From an uncultured bacterium (GTDB lineage: Bacteria; Actinomycetota; Acidimicrobiia; Spongiisociales; UBA4744), in the NCBI GenBank assembly GCA_963827865.1, contig CAWHCO010000001.1:31977-95976 (forward strand): a stretch of DNA of 64,000 nucleotides. The letters run 5' to 3'. The notes beneath the pieces were generated by a model. The model searched no databases. It was not told where the DNA came from and was given only the letters and a program-made list of their open reading frames with translations. The position numbers and the translations under genes were made by a program. Of this stretch, positions 28,513-40,500 are shown piece by piece; positions within the stretch are counted from its first letter, which is position 1, and each line of letters starts with the position of its first letter.

Positions 28513-29141
28513 GTCAGCCCCACGACACCTGCGAGCGCTCGGATCGGTACGGTCAGAACCATCGAGAACTGCGGAATCCACAACAACGCGAAGATGATCA
28601 GGAGCCCGAAGGGTTCGATTGAGGACCACACGCGTCTCCCTCGTGGCCCAAGCGCAAGCGGCAGGAGGCGGCTGCCGTCGAGCGGTGGAACGGGCAGGAG
28701 ATTGAAGATCGCCAAGACGACGTTGATGTAGGCGAAGTAGAAGATGACATACGCCACGATGCCGCTGGTGAACGGCAAGAGCACCCTGCCGCCAACCAGC
28801 GCAAGAGCGACGTTCGTCAACGGCCCGGACACACCTACGAGGGCCATGTCACGGCTGGGACGATGAAGATGAGCCGGCACGACCGGCACGGGCTTCGCCC
28901 ACCCGAACACCGGAGCACCCGTGAACGCGAGTACGGCGGGCACGAGCAAGGTGCCGACCGGGTCGATGTGGACCAGTGGGTTCAGCGTGATACGTCCGGA
29001 ATCGCGGGCAGTCGTGTCACCGAACCGTTCCGCCATCCAGCCGTGGGATACCTCGTGCAAGATCACCGACGGAATGAGCACGGCGATCAAGAGGAGGTTC
29101 TGACTGAGGTTGCTCAAGAGCGTGATTTGCAGTCGAGGCAC
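28509..29141 (-). CDS. site-2 protease (M50)
   Basis: HEVSH, GWAKPVP, FNLLPVPPLDG. Confidence 0.93.
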   Translation of the reverse strand: MPRLQITLLSNLSQNLLLIAVLIPSVILHEVSHGWMAERFGDTTARDSGRITLNPLVHIDPVGTLLVPAVLAFTGAPVFGWAKPVPVVPAHLHRPSRDMALVGVSGPLTNVALALVGGRVLLPFTSGIVAYVIFYFAYINVVLAIFNLLPVPPLDGSRLLPLALGPRGRRVWSSIEPFGLLIIFALLWIPQFSMVLTVPIRALAGVVGLT

Positions 29142-29446
29142 AACACCGACTCAGGTCGTGCTTCGAGTCGAGCGCTCGAGATCGGTTTCCCGCAGCGATC
29201 ACATACCCCGTAGGTACCTTCTTGGATCTTCGCCAAGGCACGATCGACCATGCCGACACGGCGTGCGAGGCTCTGAACGAGCCCGATCACCTCGCTGCGT
29301 TCCGCCGCGGCAGCACCTGCATCCGCGAACGAGCCTGGGAATTCGACGTCCGAGCGAAGGTTCCCCTGGTCGGTCGCGCCAAGCTCGTCGAGTTGTCGAA
29401 CCAGTTCCTCGCGTTCGGACTCGAGTGCTGAACGGATGGAGTCCAT
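29114..29446 (-). CDS. DksA/TraR C4 zinc-finger protein
   Basis: GTYGVCDRCG...RLEARP...CLDC. Confidence 0.9.
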   Translation of the reverse strand: MDSIRSALESEREELVRQLDELGATDQGNLRSDVEFPGSFADAGAAAAERSEVIGLVQSLARRVGMVDRALAKIQEGTYGVCDRCGKPISSARLEARPESVLCLDCKSRS

Positions 29447-29453
29447 TGTTTGT

Positions 29454-30335
29454 TCACCTGCTCCGCGGATGCGACAAGACGTACACTTCGTATAGATGCT
29501 GGGGCGACACCTTGGTGTACACCTGTGTCGTAGTGATATTAGCGTGTCCCAGCATCTCCTGGACGGTTCTCAGGTCCGCTCCCCCTTCAACCATGTGCGT
29601 CGCTGCGGAGTGCCGAAGGACGTGCGGCGAGATGCGATCGCGTTCGACTCCGGCCTTCTCGGCGTGACGCTTCACGATCACCCAGACTCCTTGTCGACTC
29701 AACCGCCGCCCCCGCACGCTCAGAAACAGTGCCCCAGGGTCGGGGCGGGTGCCCTTGAGCCGCATTCTGTCGGGAAGGTACTCGGTGATAGCCGAAACTG
29801 CGTGTCCGCCGACTGGTACCACTCTCTGATGAGACCCCTTGCCGGTCACGATCGCGGTCCGCTCTACTAGGTCGACCGCTTCGAGATCCAGTCCGACTGT
29901 TTCCGTAACCCGTGCGCCCGTCGCGTACATGAACTCGAGCAGCGCGCTGTCTCGCCGGCCGAGCGTTGTCGTGCGATCCGGGCTGCCGAGAAGCCGGAAC
30001 ACCTCGTCGACACTCAGGGCCTTGGGAAGACGACGAGGAAGCTTGGGCGTCTCGATGAGCGCGGTCGGGTCTGTGCCGGCTAACTCCTCCCCAACGAGGA
30101 AACGGTGAAAACCTCGGAGCGACGCGATCTTGCGAGCAACGGTGGATGGAGCGAGCATCGAGCCGTGCAGCGTCGCCACGTACTCGACGACCAGCCCTGA
30201 CGAGGGTTGTCGCCCTTCGAGAAACGCTGCGTACTGACCGAGGTCACGCCGGTAGGCGACGAGCGTGTTCGCCGAGAGACCCCGCTCCACGGCAAGCGAC
30301 GACAGATACTCCTCTATCCCCTCTTCGGTCGTCAC
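29454..30335 (-). CDS. xerD: tyrosine recombinase XerD
   Basis: ERGLSANT, YATGARVTE, HVLRHSAATH, LGHA..TTQVYT, HPR; canonical position. Confidence 0.93.
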   Translation of the reverse strand: MTTEEGIEEYLSSLAVERGLSANTLVAYRRDLGQYAAFLEGRQPSSGLVVEYVATLHGSMLAPSTVARKIASLRGFHRFLVGEELAGTDPTALIETPKLPRRLPKALSVDEVFRLLGSPDRTTTLGRRDSALLEFMYATGARVTETVGLDLEAVDLVERTAIVTGKGSHQRVVPVGGHAVSAITEYLPDRMRLKGTRPDPGALFLSVRGRRLSRQGVWVIVKRHAEKAGVERDRISPHVLRHSAATHMVEGGADLRTVQEMLGHANITTTQVYTKVSPQHLYEVYVLSHPRSR

Positions 30336-31455
30336 TTCGGCAGCCGGGTCAGGAGCTCCGTCGGGTTCGTGTAGGCCAGTCCAAGACTCTCGGCGACGGC
30401 CTTGTGTACCACGTGTTCGCCGATCACGTTCAGCCCCAGAAGCAACTCGGGGTGCAGCGCAACCGCACCCGCGACACCGTTGTCGGCGAGTGCGAGCACG
30501 TAGGGAAGCGTCGCGTTGGTGAGTGCGTAGGTCGATGTGTGCGGAACCGCTCCAGGGATATTGCCGACCGCGTAGTGAACGACTTCATGCAGCACATAGG
30601 TCGGGTCCTGGTGCGTCGTCTCCCTGCTCGTTTCGAAGCACCCGCCCTGGTCGATGGCGATGTCGACCAGGACCGAGCCCCGCTTCATCTCCTTCACGGT
30701 CGCCTCGGTCACCAGCTTCGGAGCGGAGGCGCCAGGCAGCAGTACTGCCCCGATGACCAGATCTGCATCCCGGACCTGCTCTTCGATGGTCAGCAGGTTC
30801 GAAGACAAGGTGAGGATTCTGCCGCGGTAGATGGCGTCGAGCCACTGCAGTTTGCGAACGTCGGTGTCGAGGACCACGACTTGCGCACCGAGCCCGGCGG
30901 CCATCATGGCTGCGTTGGCCCCGGCCATGCCTGCACCGATGACCACCACCTTCGCCGGCATCACGCCGGGTACACCTCCGAGGAGAATGCCCCTCCCCCC
31001 GTGCGCTTTCTCGAGGAAGTAGGCGCCCGCCTGGGTTCCCATCCTCCCTGCAACCTCCGACATCGGAGCGAGGAGTGGAAGTGCTCCGCCGGGAAGCTCG
31101 ACCGTCTCGTAAGCGATGCCGATTGCACCGCGTTGAAGCATCGAGTTGGTCAGCTCGGGATGGGCGGCAAGGTGGAGATATGTGAACAGCACCTGTCCGC
31201 TGCGGAGCATGGCCACCTCCGGTGGTTGTGGTTCCTTGACCTTGAGCACCATGTCGGCCGTCTCGAAGACGGCGTCGGGGGAAGGCAGGATCTCGGCTCC
31301 CTGCAGTGCGTACTCCTCGTCGTGGATGGTCGATCCCTCTCCGGCCTCTGTCTCGATCACGACACGATGACCTCGATCGACCAACTCGCGTACGCCGACC
31401 GGGGTGATCGCTACGCGGTGTTCACCCGGCTTGATCTCCTTGGGGACTCCAATGA

Positions 31456-31459
<4 letters not shown>
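30332..31459 (-). CDS. ald: alanine dehydrogenase
   Basis: [29 protein letters not shown]. Confidence 0.97.
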
Positions 31460-33638
<2,179 letters not shown>

Positions 33639-33673
33639 TCATCGTAGCAGCCCCGAGCGAACCGCCGGGGATC

Positions 33674-35260
33674 TCAGTCGGAGTTGGCCGCGGCGAGAAG
33701 CTCCTGGGCGTGCAAGCGCCCCTGCACAGACTCGGGCAACCCCGCGAGCATCCTCGAGAGCTCTCGCAACCGAGTTTCACCCTCGACCCGCTCAACGACC
33801 GCAGACGTGCCCACCCTTGTCACAACGAGGTGGTGGTTCGCGAAGGCGGCGACCTGCGGAAGGTGAGTCACACACAGCACCTGGCGTCCTTCGGCCAACC
33901 TGGCGAGCTTGCGGCCGAGAACGAGTGCCGTCTCCCCGCCGACGCCCGCATCGATCTCATCGAACGCGAGAATCGGAGCGTCGCCGGCGTGTGTCGCCAA
34001 CCGAAGAGCGAGGACGACCCGGCTCAACTCTCCGCCCGACGCAATGCGTTCCAGAGGCCCGGGGGCCATGCGTGGATCGGACGAGAAGCCCACCTTGACG
34101 GCGTCCGCCCCGTCGGGGCCCGGAACGGAGGGCTCGACGGAGATGGAGAGGCGTGCACGGCCGAGTCCCAGATCTGTGAGCTGCTTTGCAGCGTCGGACT
34201 CGATTTGTGTTGCAGCCATACGCCGCGCTTCGACAAGCACCGTTCCCGCCGCGGTGAGTTCCATTCGTGCCGCGTCGAGTTTCTCTCCCAAGGTGCCGGC
34301 ATGATCCAGCAATCGCTCGAGTTCCTGCAGGCGCTCTTCGACCCCCGCAGCGAATGCGAGCACCTCCCCGAGGGTGGAGCCGTACTTGCGCCGCAGCTCG
34401 GCCAACCGCCCGAGCCGCAGCTCGACCCCCTCGAGCGTTGCCGGATCGTGATCGACGGACTCTGCGAGTTCACGGACCAGTCGGGAGAGATCCGCGCCAA
34501 GGACCCCGAGAGTGTCAGCCGCCTCTGCGAGCTGAGCGCTGGTCGGGTCGACCCTCGCCACTCCCCGGAGTTCCCCGATGACCTCGCCCGTGGCGTCGAT
34601 GATCGTGTCGAGCCCGCTGCGAGCACGGTCGAGTCGCTCTGTCAGCTCACCTGCACTCCGAAGACGAGCCGCCCGGCCCGTGAGGACCTCGTCGTCTCCC
34701 TGCCGGAAGTCGGCCGACGTGATGTCGTGGAACTGGTATCGCAAGATGTCTCGTTCGCGCTCCAGTGCCTCTCTGTCACCTCCAAGCAGTGCGATATCCT
34801 CTTCGAGTCGGCGAACCTCCCTCCACGAGTTCCGGTACCGCTCGATAGCGCCGACGTCGTTTAGAGCGCTGTCGACGAGCGCACGCAACGCGGATGGTCT
34901 CAACAGGTGGAAACGGTCATCCTGTCCGACGATCTCGATGAGGTCGTCCGTCCGCTCGTCGAGGACGCGATTCGGCACCATCTCTCCGTTGAGGTAGGCG
35001 CGGCTTCCCCGGCCGCCGATTCTGCGGGTGACCACCATGTCGGTCCCCTCGACAATGAGACGGCCCTCCACGAGGGTCTGGTCGCCGTGCGGACCGATCG
35101 CGTCCGACGGTGCCCGTTGGCCGGTCAGCAGTCTCAGCGCCCCGAGCAACATCGTCTTGCCCGCGCCGGTCTCTCCGCTCACGACGGTGAGACCCTCCCC
35201 CGGCTCGATCCGGACATCCTCGAGGATCCCGAGGTTCACGACCCTCAGTTCATCGAGCAC
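33674..35260 (-). CDS. recN: DNA repair protein RecN
   Basis: GETGAGKT, ASGGELSR, FDEIDAGVGG, THLPQVAA. Confidence 0.96.
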   Translation of the reverse strand: MLDELRVVNLGILEDVRIEPGEGLTVVSGETGAGKTMLLGALRLLTGQRAPSDAIGPHGDQTLVEGRLIVEGTDMVVTRRIGGRGSRAYLNGEMVPNRVLDERTDDLIEIVGQDDRFHLLRPSALRALVDSALNDVGAIERYRNSWREVRRLEEDIALLGGDREALERERDILRYQFHDITSADFRQGDDEVLTGRAARLRSAGELTERLDRARSGLDTIIDATGEVIGELRGVARVDPTSAQLAEAADTLGVLGADLSRLVRELAESVDHDPATLEGVELRLGRLAELRRKYGSTLGEVLAFAAGVEERLQELERLLDHAGTLGEKLDAARMELTAAGTVLVEARRMAATQIESDAAKQLTDLGLGRARLSISVEPSVPGPDGADAVKVGFSSDPRMAPGPLERIASGGELSRVVLALRLATHAGDAPILAFDEIDAGVGGETALVLGRKLARLAEGRQVLCVTHLPQVAAFANHHLVVTRVGTSAVVERVEGETRLRELSRMLAGLPESVQGRLHAQELLAAANSD

Positions 35261-35262
35261 GT

Positions 35263-36090
35263 TCAGCCACCCACCGACCTTCGGTCCTCGTTGAGGTGGA
35301 ACTTCTCCTTGACTCTCGTCGGAAATGACGTCCCGGATACCTCGATGAACCGCACCCGGTTCGTTCCACGCTCTATCGAGATCTGGTCGCCGGTGCCCGC
35401 GGTCCCCAGTGAGCGTCCGTCAACGGTGACCGCTGCGGGTCGATCGGCAACCAGCGTGCAGCGGAGCTTGGCATCCGGATGCAGGAGCAGACTCTTGGAG
35501 AACAGCGAGTGCGGCGCCACCGGCGAGATGATGAGTGCCTCGACCTCGGGAGCGACGAGCGGTCCGCCCGCCGACAGGTTGTACGCTGTCGAGCCGCTCG
35601 GGGTGGCGAAGACGAGCCCGTCGGCGTGATAGTCGATGAAGCGTTCTCCGTCGACCTCTACTTCGATGGAGATGATCGAGTGTCCCTCGGTCTTTTCGAC
35701 AACGACGTCGTTGATCCCTTCGGTCCCCGGTTCATCGTTCAAGCTCGCCTGGATGGTCATCCTCGACGACTCCTGCCAGGCGCCGGACGCCAACACGTCG
35801 AGCGCCCGGTCGAGCTGTGCGGGTTCGACGTCTGCGAGGAAGCCCTTCCGCCCGACGTTGATGCCGAGCAGCGCAGCCCCGGCTCGGAGCGCGATTCGGC
35901 CCGCCCACAGCACCGTTCCGTCTCCTCCGACAGCCACGACCGCATCGATGTCGTCGTCTGCCCCGACGATCTCGATCCCACGTAGGCGGCACCCTTCGCG
36001 AAGGCGTTCTGCCACAGCGCCCGCTTGCGGGCGCTCCTCGTGCACCACCAGTGCCAGTCTCACGTGCTCAACCACCTGACGGCTCATCAT
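35263..36090 (-). CDS. nadK: NAD(+) kinase
   Basis: GGDGT, GFLA, DG...TPSGSTAYNLSAGGP. Confidence 0.95.
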   Translation of the reverse strand: MMSRQVVEHVRLALVVHEERPQAGAVAERLREGCRLRGIEIVGADDDIDAVVAVGGDGTVLWAGRIALRAGAALLGINVGRKGFLADVEPAQLDRALDVLASGAWQESSRMTIQASLNDEPGTEGINDVVVEKTEGHSIISIEVEVDGERFIDYHADGLVFATPSGSTAYNLSAGGPLVAPEVEALIISPVAPHSLFSKSLLLHPDAKLRCTLVADRPAAVTVDGRSLGTAGTGDQISIERGTNRVRFIEVSGTSFPTRVKEKFHLNEDRRSVGG

Positions 36091-36091
36091 G

Positions 36092-36889
36092 CTATGGATC
36101 CGGGACGTACGATACCCCCTCGTCCAGATCCGCCGGGGCGGCGTGCACCGACCCCTCCCCACACCGTGCCCACAGCAGGAACTCGATGTTCCCATCGGTG
36201 CCTTCCAGCGGTGAGCGCATGAGGCCCCTCGTGCCTAGTTCCGCGGCGGCGAAGCATCCGATCACCTTGTCGACCGTTTCAAGACGTACTTCGGCGTTGC
36301 GCACGATCCCCCCCTTGCCGACTTGGTCCCGACCTGCTTCGAACTGTGGTTTCACGAGCACGACGTACTCGGTTCCACGCTTGCCGCACACGGCGAGGAC
36401 AGACACGACGGTGCACAGCGAGATGAACGAGAGGTCCGCGACGATGATGTCGAAAGGGGCGCCCAGAGTGGCCGGCTCGGCGTACCGAATGTTGGTGCGT
36501 TCGATCACGCGAACGCGGGCATCCGTCTGCAGACGCCAGGCGAGCTGCCCGTACCCCACGTCAACCGCCGTGACGGACGATGCCCCCGCCTGGAGCAGGC
36601 AGTCGGTGAATCCTCCCGTTGATGCCCCGGCGTCGAGGCAGGCGGAGCCTTCGACACGGATGGGGAAGACTTCGAGGGCACCAGCGAGCTTCTCACCTCC
36701 GCGCGACGCGAAGCGTCGCCCGGAGTCCCCAATGGAGATCGATACCTGGTCGTCGACCAGCGTGTTTGCCTTGCCCACGGGAATACCGGCGACCGAGACA
36801 AGCCCGCGTTCGATCACGTCCTTCGCGGCCGATCGGCTCATGACCAGCCCCCTCCGAACGAGCTCCACGTCAAGGCGTCGACGTGTCAG
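36092..36889 (-). CDS. tlyA: TlyA-family rRNA (cytidine-2'-O)-methyltransferase; probable CTG start
   Basis: (M)TRRRLDVELVRRGL S4 start, SRGGEKL, GASTGGFTDCLL, DLSFISL, KPQFE. Confidence 0.93.
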   Translation of the reverse strand: MTRRRLDVELVRRGLVMSRSAAKDVIERGLVSVAGIPVGKANTLVDDQVSISIGDSGRRFASRGGEKLAGALEVFPIRVEGSACLDAGASTGGFTDCLLQAGASSVTAVDVGYGQLAWRLQTDARVRVIERTNIRYAEPATLGAPFDIIVADLSFISLCTVVSVLAVCGKRGTEYVVLVKPQFEAGRDQVGKGGIVRNAEVRLETVDKVIGCFAAAELGTRGLMRSPLEGTDGNIEFLLWARCGEGSVHAAPADLDEGVSYVPDP

Positions 36890-37020
36890 GCGGACGGCTC
36901 CTCGTCCATCTCCAGGCGGCTCGCGAGCAGTTGCGCGAGCCGTTCGGCGATCTCGGCCGCGTCGGCAGGATCTGCGTCCGAGAGCTCGGCGAGAAGTTGG
37001 GCCACGTGCGTATCATCCAT
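36886..37020 (-). CDS. 44-aa acidic helical protein (not in ORF track)
   Basis: ATG 37020 MDDTHVAQLLAELSDADPADAAEIAERLAQLLASRLEMDEEPSA*; its stop overlaps the tlyA start. Confidence 0.6.
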   Translation of the reverse strand: MDDTHVAQLLAELSDADPADAAEIAERLAQLLASRLEMDEEPSA

Positions 37021-37060
37021 CACAGGCATTATCACAGGCCACCACGACAGGAGGGGTCAT

Positions 37061-37796
37061 TTGATTCCGATCCGTGACGCGAACCCTGGTGTCACCCGAC
37101 CGTTGATCACGTGGCTGATCATCGGTGTGACAGCCTTCGTGTTCTTCTTCGTGCAACCCCACACCGAACAGGCCGCCTATGAATTCGACCTCGCACGCGG
37201 CTGTTCCCTGCGAGCTGTCGTCGGGGGCGCTCCTCGACCACGGGGACATCAATGGATGTTCCGACATCTCGAACCCCCCTCCGCTCTTTCCAAGAAAGAA
37301 CCTATGGGAGAGCGTCATCGTGTCCATGTTCCTCCACGCGAGCTTCTGGCATCTCGCCGGCAACCTGTGGGTGCTATGGATCTTCGGCAACAACCTCGAG
37401 GACGCGTTCGGGAAGCTGGGGTATCTGATCTTCTATCTGCTCTCCGGTGTTGTCGCGACCGCCATGTTCGTGTTGTCGACGCCAAACGCCATCACACCGC
37501 TTGTCGGAGCCTCCGGCGCGATCGCGGGTGTGATGGGGGCCTACCTGGTCCTGTATCCGAGGGCGAAGATCGTCTCGGTGTTCCCGATCCTGTTCTTCCT
37601 TCCCATCGCCCTTCCTGCTGCCCTGTTCCTCGGCATATGGCTCGTGGGGCAGTTCTTCTTGAGCGGGAGCGGCGTTGCCTGGCAGGCTCACATCGGAGGG
37701 TTCCTGTTCGGCGCGGTGGTTGCGATGTTGCTGCGGCCCGCGCTCCTCGCGCACCGGCGTCGTCTCAGGCCGGGTCGATTCGCTCAGGCAGGTTGA
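37061..37796 (+). pseudogene. rhomboid intramembrane serine protease, frameshifted near 37193 (real or sequence error)
   Basis: MIPIRDANP N-terminus in one frame; SMFLH, HLAGN, GASGAI, AHIGG in another. Confidence 0.85.
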
Positions 37797-38562
37797 CGAT
37801 CGATTCCACGATCACGTCGGGCTCCAGACCCTTGGGAACATCCTTCTCTGAGGTGGCAATCCCTGTGAGCACGAGAGCGGCGTGCCACCGTTCGGCCCTC
37901 GCCATCGCCAGGTCGGTTTCGGGGCGATCGCCCACGACCCACACGGGTCCCGGCTTGAGCCGCTCCTTGATGAGGGTCCTGATCGCAGAGTGAGGCTTGC
38001 CCGCTACCAGTGGTCGTACGCCTGAAGCGGCTTCGATAGCGGCCACGATCGCACCGGCCCCGGGATGGATTCCCCCCGCACCCGGAAATGTGATGTCGGT
38101 GTTCGTCGCGATGAACCGGGCACCGTTGCGGATGGCGGCGGCGGCGGCGTCGAGCTTCGTGTAGGAGAACTCCCTGTCGAGTCCCACGACAACGGCCCTC
38201 GCGGAGGATGGGTCGTCTGTCATCGGGATGGATCTGGCCGAGAGCGCTTCGACGATCCCGCGGCCGCCCACGACCATGGTGTCGGGCTTGTCCGATTCGA
38301 GAATCGAGGCGGCGGCCTCTGCCGATCCCAGGATTTGATCGACGGACGCCTCGTACCCGCCGATCTCGGCGACTTTGCTCGCCGTCGCCTCCACGGTCTC
38401 AGTGGAGTTGTTGGTCACGAAGAGAATCGTGAACCCTTTCGACTCCAGTTGTCGTAACGCGTCGGCTGCCCCTTCGATGGCCGTCGATCCACGGTAGATC
38501 ACCCCGTCGAGATCGCAGACGACATTGCCTTGCCTTCGGTCACCCGCTACAACTTCGGACAT
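37765..38562 (-). CDS. HAD-IIA family hydrolase (NagD-like)
   Basis: DLDGV, TNNS, GKP, GDRPETD, VLTG. Confidence 0.92.
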   Translation of the reverse strand: MSEVVAGDRRQGNVVCDLDGVIYRGSTAIEGAADALRQLESKGFTILFVTNNSTETVEATASKVAEIGGYEASVDQILGSAEAAASILESDKPDTMVVGGRGIVEALSARSIPMTDDPSSARAVVVGLDREFSYTKLDAAAAAIRNGARFIATNTDITFPGAGGIHPGAGAIVAAIEAASGVRPLVAGKPHSAIRTLIKERLKPGPVWVVGDRPETDLAMARAERWHAALVLTGIATSEKDVPKGLEPDVIVESIVNLPERIDPA

Positions 38563-39688
38563 GTTCACACCTTTCCGAGGCACCTGCTTCGCCGATGACG
38601 TGGCCGCCTCGACGAGCCCGCCGTACGACATGATCGACGATGTCGTCCGGTTTCGGGAATCGTCACCCCACAACATCGCCCACCTTCTGCTCCCCGACTC
38701 ACACGAAGAGGCATCTCGGTTGCTCTCGAGTTGGAGGCGCTCTGGGGTGGTTCGGACCGACCCGACGCCGCGCTTCTACCTGTACACGATGCAGTATCGC
38801 GCAGCCGATGGGCTCGCCAGAGAGGCACGCGGCGTCATCGGTGCGATGGGGGTCGAAGACTTCGGACCTCGGGTTCTCGCGCACGAGGAGACCATGACCG
38901 ATACCGGAACGGATCGACGGCAGCTCCTCGAAGCGACCCGCGCCAACCTCGACCTCATCATTGCGCTGTCGCCCTCCTCCACGCTGTCCGGCCTCCTGGA
39001 GCCCCACGGATCCCCGCGCTGGGTCGTCGAACGTGAGGGGGTACGACACGCCGTGTACGACCTTCGCGATCCGAGAATATGCTCGGCTATCGACGCACAC
39101 CCTCTGGCGATCGCCGACGGCCACCACCGCTACGGGGCAGCCCTGGACTTTCGCGCTTCTCGAAGAGGCCCCGGCCCCTGGGACTCGATCATGGCGTTCG
39201 TCGCGCCCGCCGAAGGAAGCGGTCTGGACATCCGGCCCATCCACCGATTCTTCCCTGCCCTTTCGTGGACGACGCCCGAGAGTCGCTTCGATCTTCGCCC
39301 CGGACCGGGGTCTGTGCCGACCGAGCCCGGGACGATCACGGTCGTGCGCGAGTCCGGTTCGTGGCACCTCACCCCAAAGATGGAGGCGCTGCAGCGGCTT
39401 CCCCATCCGTGGCAGCGTGCGAGCACTGCGGTCGCTCGAGAATTGCTCTACCCGGCGCTCGGTGTGCACGAGAACGACGCCGAGTTCCATGGAGATCCTG
39501 ATCGGCTTATTGATCGCCTCAGGGACCACGCAGAGGGTGCTGTGATGCTCATGGCCGCCGTTCCTGACGACGCCGTCTCCGAGGCAGCGGATGACCGATT
39601 GCGCTTTCCCCGCAAGACGACCCTGTTCATGCCGAAGCCGCTCGCCGGTCTGATCTTCAGGTCCTTCGACGATCAAGCACCTGCATGA
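38561..39688 (+). CDS. DUF1015 family protein
   Basis: FTPFRG, SPPYD, HEET, IADGHHRY, PRKTTLFMPK. Confidence 0.88.
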   Translation: MFTPFRGTCFADDVAASTSPPYDMIDDVVRFRESSPHNIAHLLLPDSHEEASRLLSSWRRSGVVRTDPTPRFYLYTMQYRAADGLAREARGVIGAMGVEDFGPRVLAHEETMTDTGTDRRQLLEATRANLDLIIALSPSSTLSGLLEPHGSPRWVVEREGVRHAVYDLRDPRICSAIDAHPLAIADGHHRYGAALDFRASRRGPGPWDSIMAFVAPAEGSGLDIRPIHRFFPALSWTTPESRFDLRPGPGSVPTEPGTITVVRESGSWHLTPKMEALQRLPHPWQRASTAVARELLYPALGVHENDAEFHGDPDRLIDRLRDHAEGAVMLMAAVPDDAVSEAADDRLRFPRKTTLFMPKPLAGLIFRSFDDQAPA

Positions 39689-40070
39689 GGTCGATCATGG
39701 TGGGTGTGACTGGGCGAAGCAGTACGGCGTCCAACGGCACCCACTCGACGCCGGCGGCATCGTCCCCGACCGCGAGTTCACCGCCGATCACGGTCGCGTA
39801 GAAGTCGATCAACGTGTAGTGCCACTCCGGAGGGTCACCGGGCCCAATTGCTTCGCCGACCCATGCGATATCACCGACAGAGACGACATAGCCCGTCTCC
39901 TCGAGCAACTCACGCGAGACGGCGTCCCGGAGGGTCTCTCCGTACTCGACCTTGCCTCCCGGCACCGCCCACAGTCCCTCGTTTCCTCCTCTGCCCCTCT
40001 GGATCAGCAGCAAGGACCCGTCTCGAACGACGACGCCACCCACACCTGGGATCGGACGACGGTCAATCAT
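39657..40070 (-). CDS. NUDIX hydrolase (MutT-like)
   Basis: PGGKVEYGETLRDAVSRELLEETG. Confidence 0.9.
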   Translation of the reverse strand: MIDRRPIPGVGGVVVRDGSLLLIQRGRGGNEGLWAVPGGKVEYGETLRDAVSRELLEETGYVVSVGDIAWVGEAIGPGDPPEWHYTLIDFYATVIGGELAVGDDAAGVEWVPLDAVLLRPVTPTMIDLMQVLDRRRT

Positions 40071-40500
40071 CGTGGTGCATGGTGATCAGCCGCGCCTTGA
40101 AGCCCTCCCCTTCGAAGAAGTTCTTCGCGGCGCGATGTCCGGGTAACACCGAGACATCGAAGGACGTGACGCCTCGTGTATTCGCTTCCGATCTCAGCAG
40201 GCGCACCATCGTCTCTCCCACTCCGACTCCTCGAGCTTCCGGGTGTGTGAACACGACCTCGATCCGGCAAATGGGTGACGTCAGGTCCGCCACGAGGAAT
40301 CCAACCGGCACGTCGTCGAAGAGACCGACGATACAACCACCGAGCTTCGACTCGAGCGCAACCTCGATCGGCTCGGGCAGCCCGTCCGTGGCCGACCAGT
40401 CGGGACGAAGCGTCGCCATCTCCTCATCGAGCAAGTGGTAAAGACGGATCAGTTCGTCGAGATCGTCCGAAGTGGCAAACCGTGATGAGGGGCCGGTCAC
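40063..40500 (-). CDS. GNAT family N-acetyltransferase
   Basis: VFTHPEARGVGVG, LPGHRAAKNFFE; GTGA overlap. Confidence 0.85.
   Translation of the reverse strand: MTGPSSRFATSDDLDELIRLYHLLDEEMATLRPDWSATDGLPEPIEVALESKLGGCIVGLFDDVPVGFLVADLTSPICRIEVVFTHPEARGVGVGETMVRLLRSEANTRGVTSFDVSVLPGHRAAKNFFEGEGFKARLITMHHDD

Noticed and set aside
29454-30335. Tyrosine recombinase as the islet integrase
   Set aside because: Typical XerD in its canonical pyrG-NUDIX-ald-xerD-scpAB context, without an arm-binding domain
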